Source: Bacteroidales bacterium (GTDB lineage: Bacteria; Bacteroidota; Bacteroidia; Bacteroidales; ML635J-15). From it: a stretch of DNA of 50,591 bases. Where the stretch lies: positions 1 to 50,591 of the forward strand of contig JAGCNN010000255.1 of NCBI GenBank assembly GCA_017645925.1, given 5' to 3'. The position numbers were made by a program, and so were the translations under genes. The stretch's first letter is position 1; every line of letters begins with the position of its first letter. Positions 9,434-19,707 of this stretch are shown one piece after another. Below the pieces are notes generated by a model. That model worked only from the letters and a program-made list of their open reading frames with translations. It was not told where the DNA came from and searched no databases.

Positions 9434-10540
9434 CTACAATCTAGCTCTCGATCCTTTTTCGTTTTTCTTTATATTGAAACTATAGCTAAGAGAAAAAACA
9501 TGCGAATACAATGCAATACTTTGGTTTCCAACATCGGTGAAAGCATAATCGATACGTACACCGTAGAACTTTACGCCAATGCCGAGGTTTGGCTGCCAAT
9601 AAAAAGTTTTCTTACCATCAAAGTCGGGAACTGTCTGGAAATTGTTGAATCCGCAACGCAGGAAAACCAGGTCGCCATAACCGAGTTCCAGTCCGAAAGT
9701 GGGGTCGATACTTAATGCCTTGCTACGGATGAGAGTGCTACGCTTGCCATCGAAAGTCATTGCAAGGTCGATTTCGGGATAAATCGTAAACTTTTCCTTT
9801 ATCGTAAACAAATATCCTGCGCCAAGCATAAGACGAGGTACAGTAACTTCGACGCCATTGACAGGAATTTCGTTGCCAGTTTCTGCATATACATCAGCGA
9901 GTAGCTCGCGATTGTAGTTCCAAGCGTTGAAAGTTCCTATCCCATCGCGCAATACAGCACCGAAACGCCAAGCCTTGTAGTCGTATTTCGCTGCAAAGTC
10001 GAGCCCGAAGCCTACTGCATGTGCAAATTCTCCAACATTACGGTAGATAATCTTCACATTTCCGCCAACACTAAGACCTTCAATGGGAAGCTTACGCGAA
10101 TATGAAGCCATGAATGCATAGTCAGCTATCGAAAAAGAGGTAATATTGTCGTAATTGATATTTCCGTTTGGATCTATCAGGTTAAGGGTATTGGGAATAT
10201 CGTCAACACCGAAGCGAACCATCGACAACGCTATTGTTGATTTTTCATCAATCTTATATCCGGCACCGACAAAGTCGTATTTTGAAATTCCTGCAAAATA
10301 TTCCGAATGCATTGCTCCAATTTCTATTGTCTTGTCAAGGTTTATCAACGAGGCTGGATTCCAATATGTAGCAGAAATGTCATTTGTAGAGGAAATTACC
10401 GATGTTCCCATTCCCAAAGCCCTTGCTCCAACGCCAATTGAGAGGAACTCGTTGCTGTATTTCGACACCCCCTGTGCATTTAAAAAATTTACAGAGGTTG
10501 CCAATAATACAAATAATGCTAATTTTGCAGTCGTTTTCAT
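9434..10540 (-). CDS. PorV/PorQ-family outer-membrane beta-barrel (PorV2-type)
   Basis: Signal peptide followed by KYSNEFLSIGVGARALGMG...ATYWNPASL, the PorV/FadL-like N-terminus. Amphipathic strands end in HVFSLSYSF. Confidence 0.85.
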   Translation of the reverse strand: MKTTAKLALFVLLATSVNFLNAQGVSKYSNEFLSIGVGARALGMGTSVISSTNDISATYWNPASLINLDKTIEIGAMHSEYFAGISKYDFVGAGYKIDEKSTIALSMVRFGVDDIPNTLNLIDPNGNINYDNITSFSIADYAFMASYSRKLPIEGLSVGGNVKIIYRNVGEFAHAVGFGLDFAAKYDYKAWRFGAVLRDGIGTFNAWNYNRELLADVYAETGNEIPVNGVEVTVPRLMLGAGYLFTIKEKFTIYPEIDLAMTFDGKRSTLIRSKALSIDPTFGLELGYGDLVFLRCGFNNFQTVPDFDGKKTFYWQPNLGIGVKFYGVRIDYAFTDVGNQSIALYSHVFSLSYSFNIKKNEKGSRARL

Positions 10541-10609
10541 CTGTCAATTTTTACGATGCAAAGAAAACGATTTTAAACGACAACTTATTATATATTTTTA
10601 AAAAAAGGT

Positions 10610-11371
10610 ATGAAAAAGATAAAAGCGGCATTCCCTTCGTTTGTAACTTCGCTGAATATGGTCTGCGGAGTGTGCGCTTCGGTGCTTGCAATGCAAGGCG
10701 AAACAAGGCTTGCCGTAGTGCTGATAATATTGGCGGCTGTGTTCGATTTCTGCGATGGTTTTGTTGCAAGATTGCTACACTCCGTATCGGAATTCGGCAA
10801 GCAGATGGATTCTCTGTCCGACCTTATCAGCTTTGGTGTTGCTCCGTCTGTCATAATGTACGAATTTGCCGTATCGAACGAACTTTTTTCGCACTATGTG
10901 GCACTTTTCGTTTTGCTGATTGCTGTATTTTCGGGACTTCGCCTAGCAAAATTCAACATCGACCCCGAACAGACGACCGAATTCAAAGGGCTGCCAACTC
11001 CAGCTTCGGCCTTGTTTGTAATTTCGGTGTGCTACTATTGCAAGACAAGCGATTCTGTTTTGGCTCAGGCACTTACATCGCAGGTGGCCGTCATTACTGT
11101 TGTGGCTTTCGTCTGCATAATGATGGTGGTGAATTTGCGTCTGTTCTCAATGAAGATTAAAACATTGAAGATAAAGGCAATAATCTGGCAACTGATACTT
11201 GTGGCATCGTTAATCGCGTTTGTGTGCCTGTTTGGTGTGTTGGGATTGGCATTTACCATTATTTTGTATGTTATCTTATCGATAATCAGGAATATAATAA
11301 ATCGCGATAATAAAGATAATAATGTAAAGACGCAAAATTTTGCGTCTCCACATAAACCCCCAGAATCATAG
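10610..11371 (+). CDS. pssA: CDP-diacylglycerol--serine O-phosphatidyltransferase
   Basis: CDP-alcohol phosphotransferase motif DFCDGFVARLL...FGKQMDSLSDLISFGVAP, plus LRLAKFN and FKGLPTPA. Confidence 0.9.
   Translation: MKKIKAAFPSFVTSLNMVCGVCASVLAMQGETRLAVVLIILAAVFDFCDGFVARLLHSVSEFGKQMDSLSDLISFGVAPSVIMYEFAVSNELFSHYVALFVLLIAVFSGLRLAKFNIDPEQTTEFKGLPTPASALFVISVCYYCKTSDSVLAQALTSQVAVITVVAFVCIMMVVNLRLFSMKIKTLKIKAIIWQLILVASLIAFVCLFGVLGLAFTIILYVILSIIRNIINRDNKDNNVKTQNFASPHKPPES
11323..11352. repeat. REP-like palindrome inside the 3' end of pssA
   Basis: Perfect 20-bp palindrome AGACGCAAAATTTTGCGTCT at 11328-11347. A related copy is at 40601-40629. Confidence 0.8.
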
Positions 11372-11446
11372 AACCCCAGAAACATAGAAACTCAGAAACC
11401 CAGAAACATAGAAACTTGAAACTTAGAAACTTGAAACTTAGAAACT
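11358..11446. repeat. Degenerate 7-8 nt tandem repeat (NNAGAAAC, about 11 units)
   Basis: ccagaatc atagaacc ccagaaac atagaaac tcagaaac ccagaaac atagaaac ttgaaac ttagaaac ttgaaac ttagaaac. Confidence 0.9.
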
Positions 11447-11462
11447 AAAAAAACATATTGTC

Positions 11463-11717
11463 ATGAAATTTTACGCTCAAATCAATGTTATGCCGCTGAA
11501 GGCATTGTTGGATCCACAAGGAAAGGCTGTATTGAACAGCGCAGTTAAGACTGGTTTCGAAACTCTCCGCAATGTCCGCATAGGCAAACACATAGATGTT
11601 GAAATAGAAGCAGATTCTGAAGCTGAGGCAAACAAGAAGATTGACGAATTTTGCAGCAAGGTTCTCGTAAACCCAATAATCGAGTCCTACGAATTTTCCT
11701 TAGCCGAGGCAAAGTAA
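11463..11717 (+). CDS. purS: Phosphoribosylformylglycinamidine synthase subunit PurS
   Basis: 84 aa with LLDPQGKAV, VRIGK and LVNPIIESY signatures. Confidence 0.92.
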   Translation: MKFYAQINVMPLKALLDPQGKAVLNSAVKTGFETLRNVRIGKHIDVEIEADSEAEANKKIDEFCSKVLVNPIIESYEFSLAEAK

Positions 11718-11782
11718 TTGTCGCTTGATGCCGATAAGTTGGAAATGTGGTTCAGCATATTTCCTGATATTTGTGTAGTCTG

Positions 11783-13486
11783 ATGAATAGTCGGATATTC
11801 AGCATATTGATTGCAGTGCTTGCAAGTCTGCTTGTACTTGCCTGCGCCAAGCAGGTTGTGCTTACTGGTGGCGCAAAAGATGTTACTCCGCCAGAACCAA
11901 AGGCAAGTATGCCCGAAAATGGTTCTACTAACTTTTCTACCAAGCACAAATCAAAGTACGTAGTTGTAAAATTCAACGAGTACATAAAGCTGAATGATGT
12001 ATCTTCGAAGTTGATTGTATCGCCACCAATGGAAGAAAAACCCGTGGCTATAGTAAATGGCAAAAAACTGAAAATCAAGATAAAGACTTCGCAGTTAAAA
12101 CCGAACACAACATATTGCCTCAATTTCAACGATGCGATAGCTGACATTAACGAAAACAATGCTCTCAACAGTTTTGTATATGCGTTTTCCACTGGTCAAG
12201 AGATTGATTCCCTGTCGTTTGCAGGAACTGTTTTTGATGCCTTCACTCGCAAACCAGTAAACGATGCATGGGTTACCCTCTACAGCAACTTATCCGACAC
12301 CGCCGTTTCGACAACTATGCCCGACTATATAACAAAAGTTGACAAAAACGGTAATTTCTGCATCAATTTCATTGCCGAAAACGACTACAAGGCATTTGCT
12401 TTGCGCGACAACAATTCCAATTTCAAATTCGACTTGCCCGAAGAAGGCATTGCATTCATTGACACAACTTTCCATCCATCAGTAGAAATCTCATACGATA
12501 CAGTAAAAACAAAGGATACACTCAACGATTCCATTGTTACAAAACTACAATACCAACCCGATGATGTGAAGTTGCTGCTCTTTACTGAAAACAAGACACC
12601 TCAGTATTTCAAATCCACCAAAAGAGTGAAACGCAACTACTTTGAGCTTGTTTTTAATTTCACCCAATACGAAAAATTCAACTTCACAGTTCCAAATGAC
12701 AGTGCTGCTTTTGTGTGGGCTGCCGAAAATCCCGACACCATAAGAATCTGGCTGAAAGATACTGCACTTATTGCATCCGACACTCTGAAAATATTTGCCG
12801 AATACGTTGACCCTGCTTTCCCCGATTCCATACACCATGACACGCTAAAATTCCGCAAGCAGGACAAATTGTTCCCCGACACACTTCTTACAATGAAACT
12901 TTCAAAGGATAAACGTCCCGACTCCGACTATATAATTTCGTTTTCTCAACCAGTAGAAACATTTGACACAAGCAGGTTGAGCTTATTCGGCGCCGTTGAC
13001 ACCTTGTTTGAGAAGATGGAATGCAGCATAGAAAAGGATTCTCTCAACCCATTGAATCTAAGAGTTATAGCCGACATTGCTGAAGGACGCAAATATAGGG
13101 TTGCTGTTGATTCTGCATTTGCCACCTGCATATATGGTTATTCAAACAAAGCTGACTCCATTGAGATTGTGCCAATGCGTGAAACGGATTTCGGAGCACT
13201 GACGGTAAAATTTCAGGACGACAGACCATATTTGGTAGAATTGCTTCAGTCTGATAAGATTAAAGCCCGCAATAAGGTTACAGACAGGCAGGTTACATTT
13301 GTTAATCTGCTTCCTGGCAAGTACGACATCCGTATCATTGACGATGAAAACGGCAACGGCAGATGGGACACAGGCGACTACACCATACATCTTCAACCCG
13401 AAAAGATTTTCTATTATCCACAAACCTACGAAATTCGTAGCAGTTGGGAACATGAAGTGATAATAGAAGGAGAAAAAGTTGAATGA
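11783..13486 (+). CDS. Lipoprotein with N-terminal Ig-like (Big_5-type) domain and C-terminal DUF2141-like segment
   Basis: Lipobox LVLAC followed by LTGGAKDVTPP, FNEYIKL, YAFSTG and DENGNGRWDTGDY...QPE. ATG at 11783 is preferred over the TTG at 11771. Confidence 0.8.
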   Translation: MNSRIFSILIAVLASLLVLACAKQVVLTGGAKDVTPPEPKASMPENGSTNFSTKHKSKYVVVKFNEYIKLNDVSSKLIVSPPMEEKPVAIVNGKKLKIKIKTSQLKPNTTYCLNFNDAIADINENNALNSFVYAFSTGQEIDSLSFAGTVFDAFTRKPVNDAWVTLYSNLSDTAVSTTMPDYITKVDKNGNFCINFIAENDYKAFALRDNNSNFKFDLPEEGIAFIDTTFHPSVEISYDTVKTKDTLNDSIVTKLQYQPDDVKLLLFTENKTPQYFKSTKRVKRNYFELVFNFTQYEKFNFTVPNDSAAFVWAAENPDTIRIWLKDTALIASDTLKIFAEYVDPAFPDSIHHDTLKFRKQDKLFPDTLLTMKLSKDKRPDSDYIISFSQPVETFDTSRLSLFGAVDTLFEKMECSIEKDSLNPLNLRVIADIAEGRKYRVAVDSAFATCIYGYSNKADSIEIVPMRETDFGALTVKFQDDRPYLVELLQSDKIKARNKVTDRQVTFVNLLPGKYDIRIIDDENGNGRWDTGDYTIHLQPEKIFYYPQTYEIRSSWEHEVIIEGEKVE

Positions 13487-13491
13487 TAAAT

Positions 13492-13805
13492 AGGGTGGTG
13501 TCCGCTAAACCCTTTTTGGTCATCCGGAACCTTTAGCTCACGCAGCGAAGCAAGTAAAGTAGAACGAACAGCATAAGGAACGTTGTTTGTGAGTTCACTT
13601 GTCCGGAACGTTGCTTGCAACCTCACGAAGTAATCTATTCTCTAATAATACGTTAAGAGATTTCGGACAGACAGGCTCACACAACACGTTCCTTAATTGG
13701 TTCGCTTTGTCTTCCGTACCTTTAGCTCACGCAGCGAAGTAAGTAACCTTTAGCTCGCGATACGAAGTGAGCAAATGACAGGCTGAGTACGTTACTGGAC
13801 AACAA
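13492..13805. other. Nested palindromic non-coding element (MITE/REP-derived or structured RNA)
   Basis: Three copies of ACCTTTAGCTCRCG...CGAAGYRAGYAA flank a long hairpin (13574-13593 pairs with 13676-13695). Confidence 0.65.
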
Positions 13806-13860
13806 TAGTCATAATTCTATCTTGCACAAATTAGGCTATTCTTTTGAATTTGGCACAAAC

Positions 13861-13889
13861 AAAAAAAGGAGACTCAGCAAAGTCCCCTT
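13861..13889 (-). terminator. Rho-independent terminator of atpD-atpC
   Basis: On the minus strand: AAGGGGACT-TTGCTG-AGTCTCCTT followed by a T-run, about 22 nt after the atpC stop. Confidence 0.8.
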
Positions 13890-13911
13890 CTCTAGATAAT
13901 ATGAAAAATCA

Positions 13912-14151
13912 CTATTCTTCTACGAGAATTACAATCTTATTGTTCTTACATTCTACAAGGCCACCATTGACACTGAACGTCAGTTCATTATCATTCATTT
14001 CCCTGATAACTACTTCGCCTTTATCCAATGTTGATACGATTGGAGCGTGCATGTTCAGAATCTGGAATGAACCCTTCGAACCAGGAACTTTAACCATTGA
14101 GGTTTCGCCTTCAAACAATTTCTTTTCGGGTGTGATAATTTCTACTGTCAT
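13912..14151 (-). CDS. atpC: F1 ATP synthase epsilon subunit (short form)
   Basis: MTVEIITPEK...VPGSKGSFQILNMHAPIVSTL; 79 aa, directly after atpD. Confidence 0.95.
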   Translation of the reverse strand: MTVEIITPEKKLFEGETSMVKVPGSKGSFQILNMHAPIVSTLDKGEVVIREMNDNELTFSVNGGLVECKNNKIVILVEE

Positions 14152-14159
14152 AACTATTA

Positions 14160-15680
<1,521 letters not shown>

Positions 15681-15702
15681 TTACTAATAAAATTTTTGCT
15701 AA

Positions 15703-15710
15703 CAAAGGTA
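15703..15710 (-). promoter_or_regulatory. -7 element (TACCTTTG) for atpDC
   Basis: TAnnTTTG match 25 nt upstream of the atpD ATG. Confidence 0.6.
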
Positions 15711-15880
15711 AAAAAACATATTTAAACCGACAAGAAAAATATTCCGTTTTTTATAAAATATTTTTACTTGCTGAAATACAATATATTATAAGTAATTATG
15801 ATATTTTACCAACAAATAAGATGTACGCTTTGGGACTAAATACCGAAATTTTAACGTTCAAAAAATCTTAAATCCAGAAA

Positions 15881-16858
15881 TCAATAGTTTCGCGACATCA
15901 TTGCATTCACAAAGCTGCGCAGAACTTCTTTTCTTGGTTCAGCAACACTTACTTTGGCTAGATAATCATCAGCCTGAAGGTACAAATCTTCAATTTTTTG
16001 AGAAGTTATTTTCTTGATATTCAAGCTGTCATATATTGACTTTACGGCGTTGTACTTTTCTGTCCTGTCAAAATTTTCTTCTGATAGCCAATGAGCAAGT
16101 TCCGATTTTGCATTTCCTGTTGCAAGGTTCAGTGCATTGATAAGCAGGAAAGTTTTTTTGTTTTCGGCAATGTCGCCTCCAATAGGCTTTCCGAAGACTG
16201 CTGCATCGCCGTATGTGTCGAGCAAATCGTCCTGCAACTGAAAGGCAAGTCCCGCATGACGTCCATACTGGTAGATGTTTTCGCAGTCGGAGTCGGATGC
16301 ACCAGCGATAAGAGCGCCAATTTTTAGGCTTCCTGCAAGCAATACGGCTGTCTTTAGGTTTATCATCTTCATATAGTCATCAACAGTAACGTTGTTGTCG
16401 GTTTCGAAATCCATGTCGTACTGCTGACCTTCGCATATCTCTATTGCCGTCTGAAGGAAAGTGTCGAGCACAGCATCCCGATTTACCTTTGTCTTTGCCG
16501 CGCACCTGCATGCCACAAGCGACATCAGGTCGCCCGAAAGTATTGCTATGTTGTCGGTCCATTTCTTATGTACGGTTGGACGTCCGCGCCGAAGGTCCGA
16601 CTTGTCCATTATGTCGTCGTGCAGCAAGGTGAAATTGTGGAATATTTCAAGTCCGATAGCGGTATCCACTGCCATATCTGTGTTTGCGCCAAACATCTCA
16701 GCCGACATCAGGCACATCACAGGGCGGATACGTTTTCCTCCTGCCGAAAGCGCGTACCTTACAGGTTCGTACAGATATTCTGGTTCTTTGGGGGCTCTAT
16801 TCAAAAAATCGGCAAGACATTTATTAAAATAATCCAGCAAATATTCCTGCGTATTCAT
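15881..16858 (-). CDS. Polyprenyl (FPP/GGPP) diphosphate synthase
   Basis: GGKRIRP, first Asp-rich motif HDDIMD..RRG, GQQYD, KTA, second motif FQLQDDLLD. Confidence 0.93.
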   Translation of the reverse strand: MNTQEYLLDYFNKCLADFLNRAPKEPEYLYEPVRYALSAGGKRIRPVMCLMSAEMFGANTDMAVDTAIGLEIFHNFTLLHDDIMDKSDLRRGRPTVHKKWTDNIAILSGDLMSLVACRCAAKTKVNRDAVLDTFLQTAIEICEGQQYDMDFETDNNVTVDDYMKMINLKTAVLLAGSLKIGALIAGASDSDCENIYQYGRHAGLAFQLQDDLLDTYGDAAVFGKPIGGDIAENKKTFLLINALNLATGNAKSELAHWLSEENFDRTEKYNAVKSIYDSLNIKKITSQKIEDLYLQADDYLAKVSVAEPRKEVLRSFVNAMMSRNY

Positions 16859-16891
16859 AAGACAAAATTACTTTTAATAATAAATAGGTAT

Positions 16892-17887
16892 TTAAAATAT
16901 CGTGTTGAAATACATTATCTGCATCAACTGTGAGACTATAATGCAAACTATCAGCCCATAGAAAACAATCATACGCACGTAATTTTTCTTTGTGTTGATT
17001 ATCACGTTGGAAAGGAGATAGCACAATGGGAAATATATGAGCCATATTGACTCGTTTGATGAAATAGGCAATGCCAAGAATCCGATATAATATAATAATA
17101 GGAAAAGCATCGAGTGATGGAATTTAATTTCTGCAGCCTTGCGGAACACCGTCAGGATAAAAATTGACAGCAAAGAAATAAGCACAGAAAAAATCACCGG
17201 AGTTTGGAAAACATAATTGAGGTAGTTGTATTTCTCCCCGATTACAAACTTCATCGTTTCGGAATGAATTGACTCTATAAGTTCCTGAAAATCGCCAAAA
17301 ATCCAAACAAGGCAGAAAGCTGTAGCAACAACAAACAGGAGCGATATGAAGAACGACAGCAAATCGCGCCAAGTCATAGGTTTTACAATAACCATTATTA
17401 TAATTATTGCAGGCAGAAGCGCTATGTATTTGTAAGCGAAAACAAGGGCTATTCCATAAAGCAGTCCAACATCAAGGCTTTCTTTAAGTGCTTCGTGCTT
17501 ATTGTACATGCAAAACGAGCGCAACACCGCCAGCGACACAAAAATGCTCGATACCATTTCGGGAATGCACCTCTGAGTATTTATTACAGAGCCTGTGAGC
17601 AAGACAAAAAAGATTGTTGGCAACTGATAGCCTGATTCCACCACCTGAAAGCGGAAATTTGCTTTAGATGCATAACAGGCGAAGGCATAGGCCAATACAA
17701 ATGCAAAGGTCGTAAACATATACTGGAAAAGCTGCGACTCATACGAGAACCTGAAAAAATAGGAATGTAATCCACCTGTATCAACCGCCGTAGGCATAGC
17801 AATGAACTTGTATGCCCACAATAAAAGCATAGCAAAAAACGCCAGCAGATAATTTAAAGTATTGTTTGACCTTATCAGTTTGAGCAT
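16892..17887 (-). CDS. Polytopic membrane protein (DUF6427-like)
   Basis: About 9-10 hydrophobic segments. Its position right after purD matches the usual Bacteroidota arrangement. Confidence 0.7.
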   Translation of the reverse strand: MLKLIRSNNTLNYLLAFFAMLLLWAYKFIAMPTAVDTGGLHSYFFRFSYESQLFQYMFTTFAFVLAYAFACYASKANFRFQVVESGYQLPTIFFVLLTGSVINTQRCIPEMVSSIFVSLAVLRSFCMYNKHEALKESLDVGLLYGIALVFAYKYIALLPAIIIIMVIVKPMTWRDLLSFFISLLFVVATAFCLVWIFGDFQELIESIHSETMKFVIGEKYNYLNYVFQTPVIFSVLISLLSIFILTVFRKAAEIKFHHSMLFLLLYYIGFLALPISSNESIWLIYFPLCYLLSNVIINTKKNYVRMIVFYGLIVCIIVSQLMQIMYFNTIF

Positions 17888-17895
17888 ACAATCGC

Positions 17896-19167
17896 CTATT
17901 TCAAGTCAAAGCCAAGGTCGGTGCGGAAATAGCATTTTTCGAAAGAAATATTCCGTATTGATTCGTACGACACCTTCAATGCATCAAATATATTGTCGCC
18001 ATAGCTGCTTACAGCAATAACTCTACCGCCCGAAGTAACAACATCGTTGCCCGAAAGTGCAGTACCGGCATGGAAGCATACGCTCGACTTCACCTTTTCA
18101 AGTCCGGAAATAACTTTGCCTTTTTCGTAGGCTTCGGGATAGCCGCCCGACACCATCATCACTGTTGATGCTGCACGGGAGTCAAATTCCACCGACATTC
18201 CTGCCAACTTGCGTTTTGCAGCCGCTTCGAGCAGTTCCACCAAGTCGGACTTTATGCGAAGCATTACCGATTCGGTTTCGGGATCGCCCATACGCACATT
18301 GTACTCAATAACATAGGGATTTCCATTTACATTCATAAGTCCGAAAAACACAAATCCGCGATAATCCATTCCTTCAGAGTGAATACCATCTATTGTCGGC
18401 TTTACAATCCTTTCTTCCACTTTTTTTGCAAAATCCTTGTCGTAGAACGGCACGGGAGAAACAGAACCCATTCCGCCAGTGTTCAAGCCAGTATTTCCTT
18501 CGCCTATACGTTTGTAGTCCTTTGCTTCGGGCAAAAGCACATACGAACAGCCGTCAGTAATTGCAAAAACAGAACATTCAATTCCGTCAAGATACTGCTC
18601 AAGCACAACCTTGTGACCTGCATTGCCAAACTTTCCGCCAAGCATATTTCTAAGTTCGCTTTTGGCTTCGTCCAAATCATTGATTATCAACACGCCCTTT
18701 CCTGCTGCAAGCCCATCAGCCTTTAGCACATAGGGAGACTCCACCGACTCAAGGAATTTTTCACCCTCAGAAATATTTTCGGCTGTAACCGACAGATATT
18801 TTGCTGTTGGAATACCATATTTCTGCATGAACATCTTTGCAAATTCCTTGCTGCCTTCGAGCTGCGCCGAAACTTTGTCTGGACCTATGACCATAAGATT
18901 CTTGAATTCGGGCTTTGCTGCAAAATAATCAACAATACCCTTTACTAGCGGATCTTCGGGACCAACCACAACCATATCTATCTTCGCCTTGCATACAAAA
19001 TCAGCAACAGCATCAAAATCATCAGCCTTTATAGCTACGTTTTCTGCAATTTCGCGTGTGCCAGCGTTACCTGGTGCCACATACAGCTTTTCAACTTTCG
19101 GACTTGATGCGAGTTTCCATGCAATTGCATGTTCCCTGCCACCCGAACCTAATACCAATATATTCAT
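17896..19167 (-). CDS. purD: Phosphoribosylamine--glycine ligase
   Basis: GSGGREHA, GPEDPL, LEGSKEFAK, KADGLAAGKGV, NTGGMG, EYNVRMGDPET. Confidence 0.98.
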   Translation of the reverse strand: MNILVLGSGGREHAIAWKLASSPKVEKLYVAPGNAGTREIAENVAIKADDFDAVADFVCKAKIDMVVVGPEDPLVKGIVDYFAAKPEFKNLMVIGPDKVSAQLEGSKEFAKMFMQKYGIPTAKYLSVTAENISEGEKFLESVESPYVLKADGLAAGKGVLIINDLDEAKSELRNMLGGKFGNAGHKVVLEQYLDGIECSVFAITDGCSYVLLPEAKDYKRIGEGNTGLNTGGMGSVSPVPFYDKDFAKKVEERIVKPTIDGIHSEGMDYRGFVFFGLMNVNGNPYVIEYNVRMGDPETESVMLRIKSDLVELLEAAAKRKLAGMSVEFDSRAASTVMMVSGGYPEAYEKGKVISGLEKVKSSVCFHAGTALSGNDVVTSGGRVIAVSSYGDNIFDALKVSYESIRNISFEKCYFRTDLGFDLK

Positions 19168-19193
19168 CGTTTTGTTTGTTTTCTATATTTCAC

Positions 19194-19700
19194 TTAAAAA
19201 GTATCGTCAATAGGATGGTTTTCGTGACCGCTACTGCTACTTGTGGTATCCGATTGAACCGAATAGAATTCTTCAGCCGTTATACGTACCAGCTTGTAGT
19301 CGGACTGCACACCGCTGTTGTAAAGCTGCGACATGCTTACCTCGTTTTGGGAAACATTGCGTATGTGCATGAGAGAACGGCTATTGTACTGGTTGTAGCC
19401 TATGTAGTAACCATCAACAGCCTTGGTGTAATATACGTTCATCTGCTTGCGGCGCACTTCCCACTTCATAGTATCGGTATAATTGTACTTGTAGTACTTT
19501 GTTGCTCCGTTTGCATCGTCACCAAAATGATAATATGGAATTGAAGTGCAAAGCTCGCCTGTTTCCTCATTCACAGGTTTCCAATAACCCTTTAGGGTTT
19601 CCTCCCACTCCAAGTCGGTTGCACTCGGTCCGCAGCCTGTCGCTATCGACATTGCTATTAGCATTGCTGCAAGAATAGTTATCAAAAGAAATCGCTTCAT
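19194..19700 (-). CDS. Lipoprotein of unknown function (lipocalin-like beta barrel possible)
   Basis: Lipobox ATGC followed by an LKGYW motif and beta-rich sequence. Confidence 0.7.
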   Translation of the reverse strand: MKRFLLITILAAMLIAMSIATGCGPSATDLEWEETLKGYWKPVNEETGELCTSIPYYHFGDDANGATKYYKYNYTDTMKWEVRRKQMNVYYTKAVDGYYIGYNQYNSRSLMHIRNVSQNEVSMSQLYNSGVQSDYKLVRITAEEFYSVQSDTTSSSSGHENHPIDDTF

Positions 19701-19707
19701 AGTAATA

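Noticed and set aside
13560-13710. 6S RNA, RNase P RNA or SRP RNA
   Set aside because: No RNase P GAGGAAAGUCC or SRP GGAA/AGCAG signature, and the rod lacks a clear 6S central bubble. Left unnamed pending an Infernal search.
13529-13775. CRISPR array (three ~29-nt repeats)
   Set aside because: Spacing is about 160 nt and then 0 nt, the third repeat is degenerate, and no cas genes are present.
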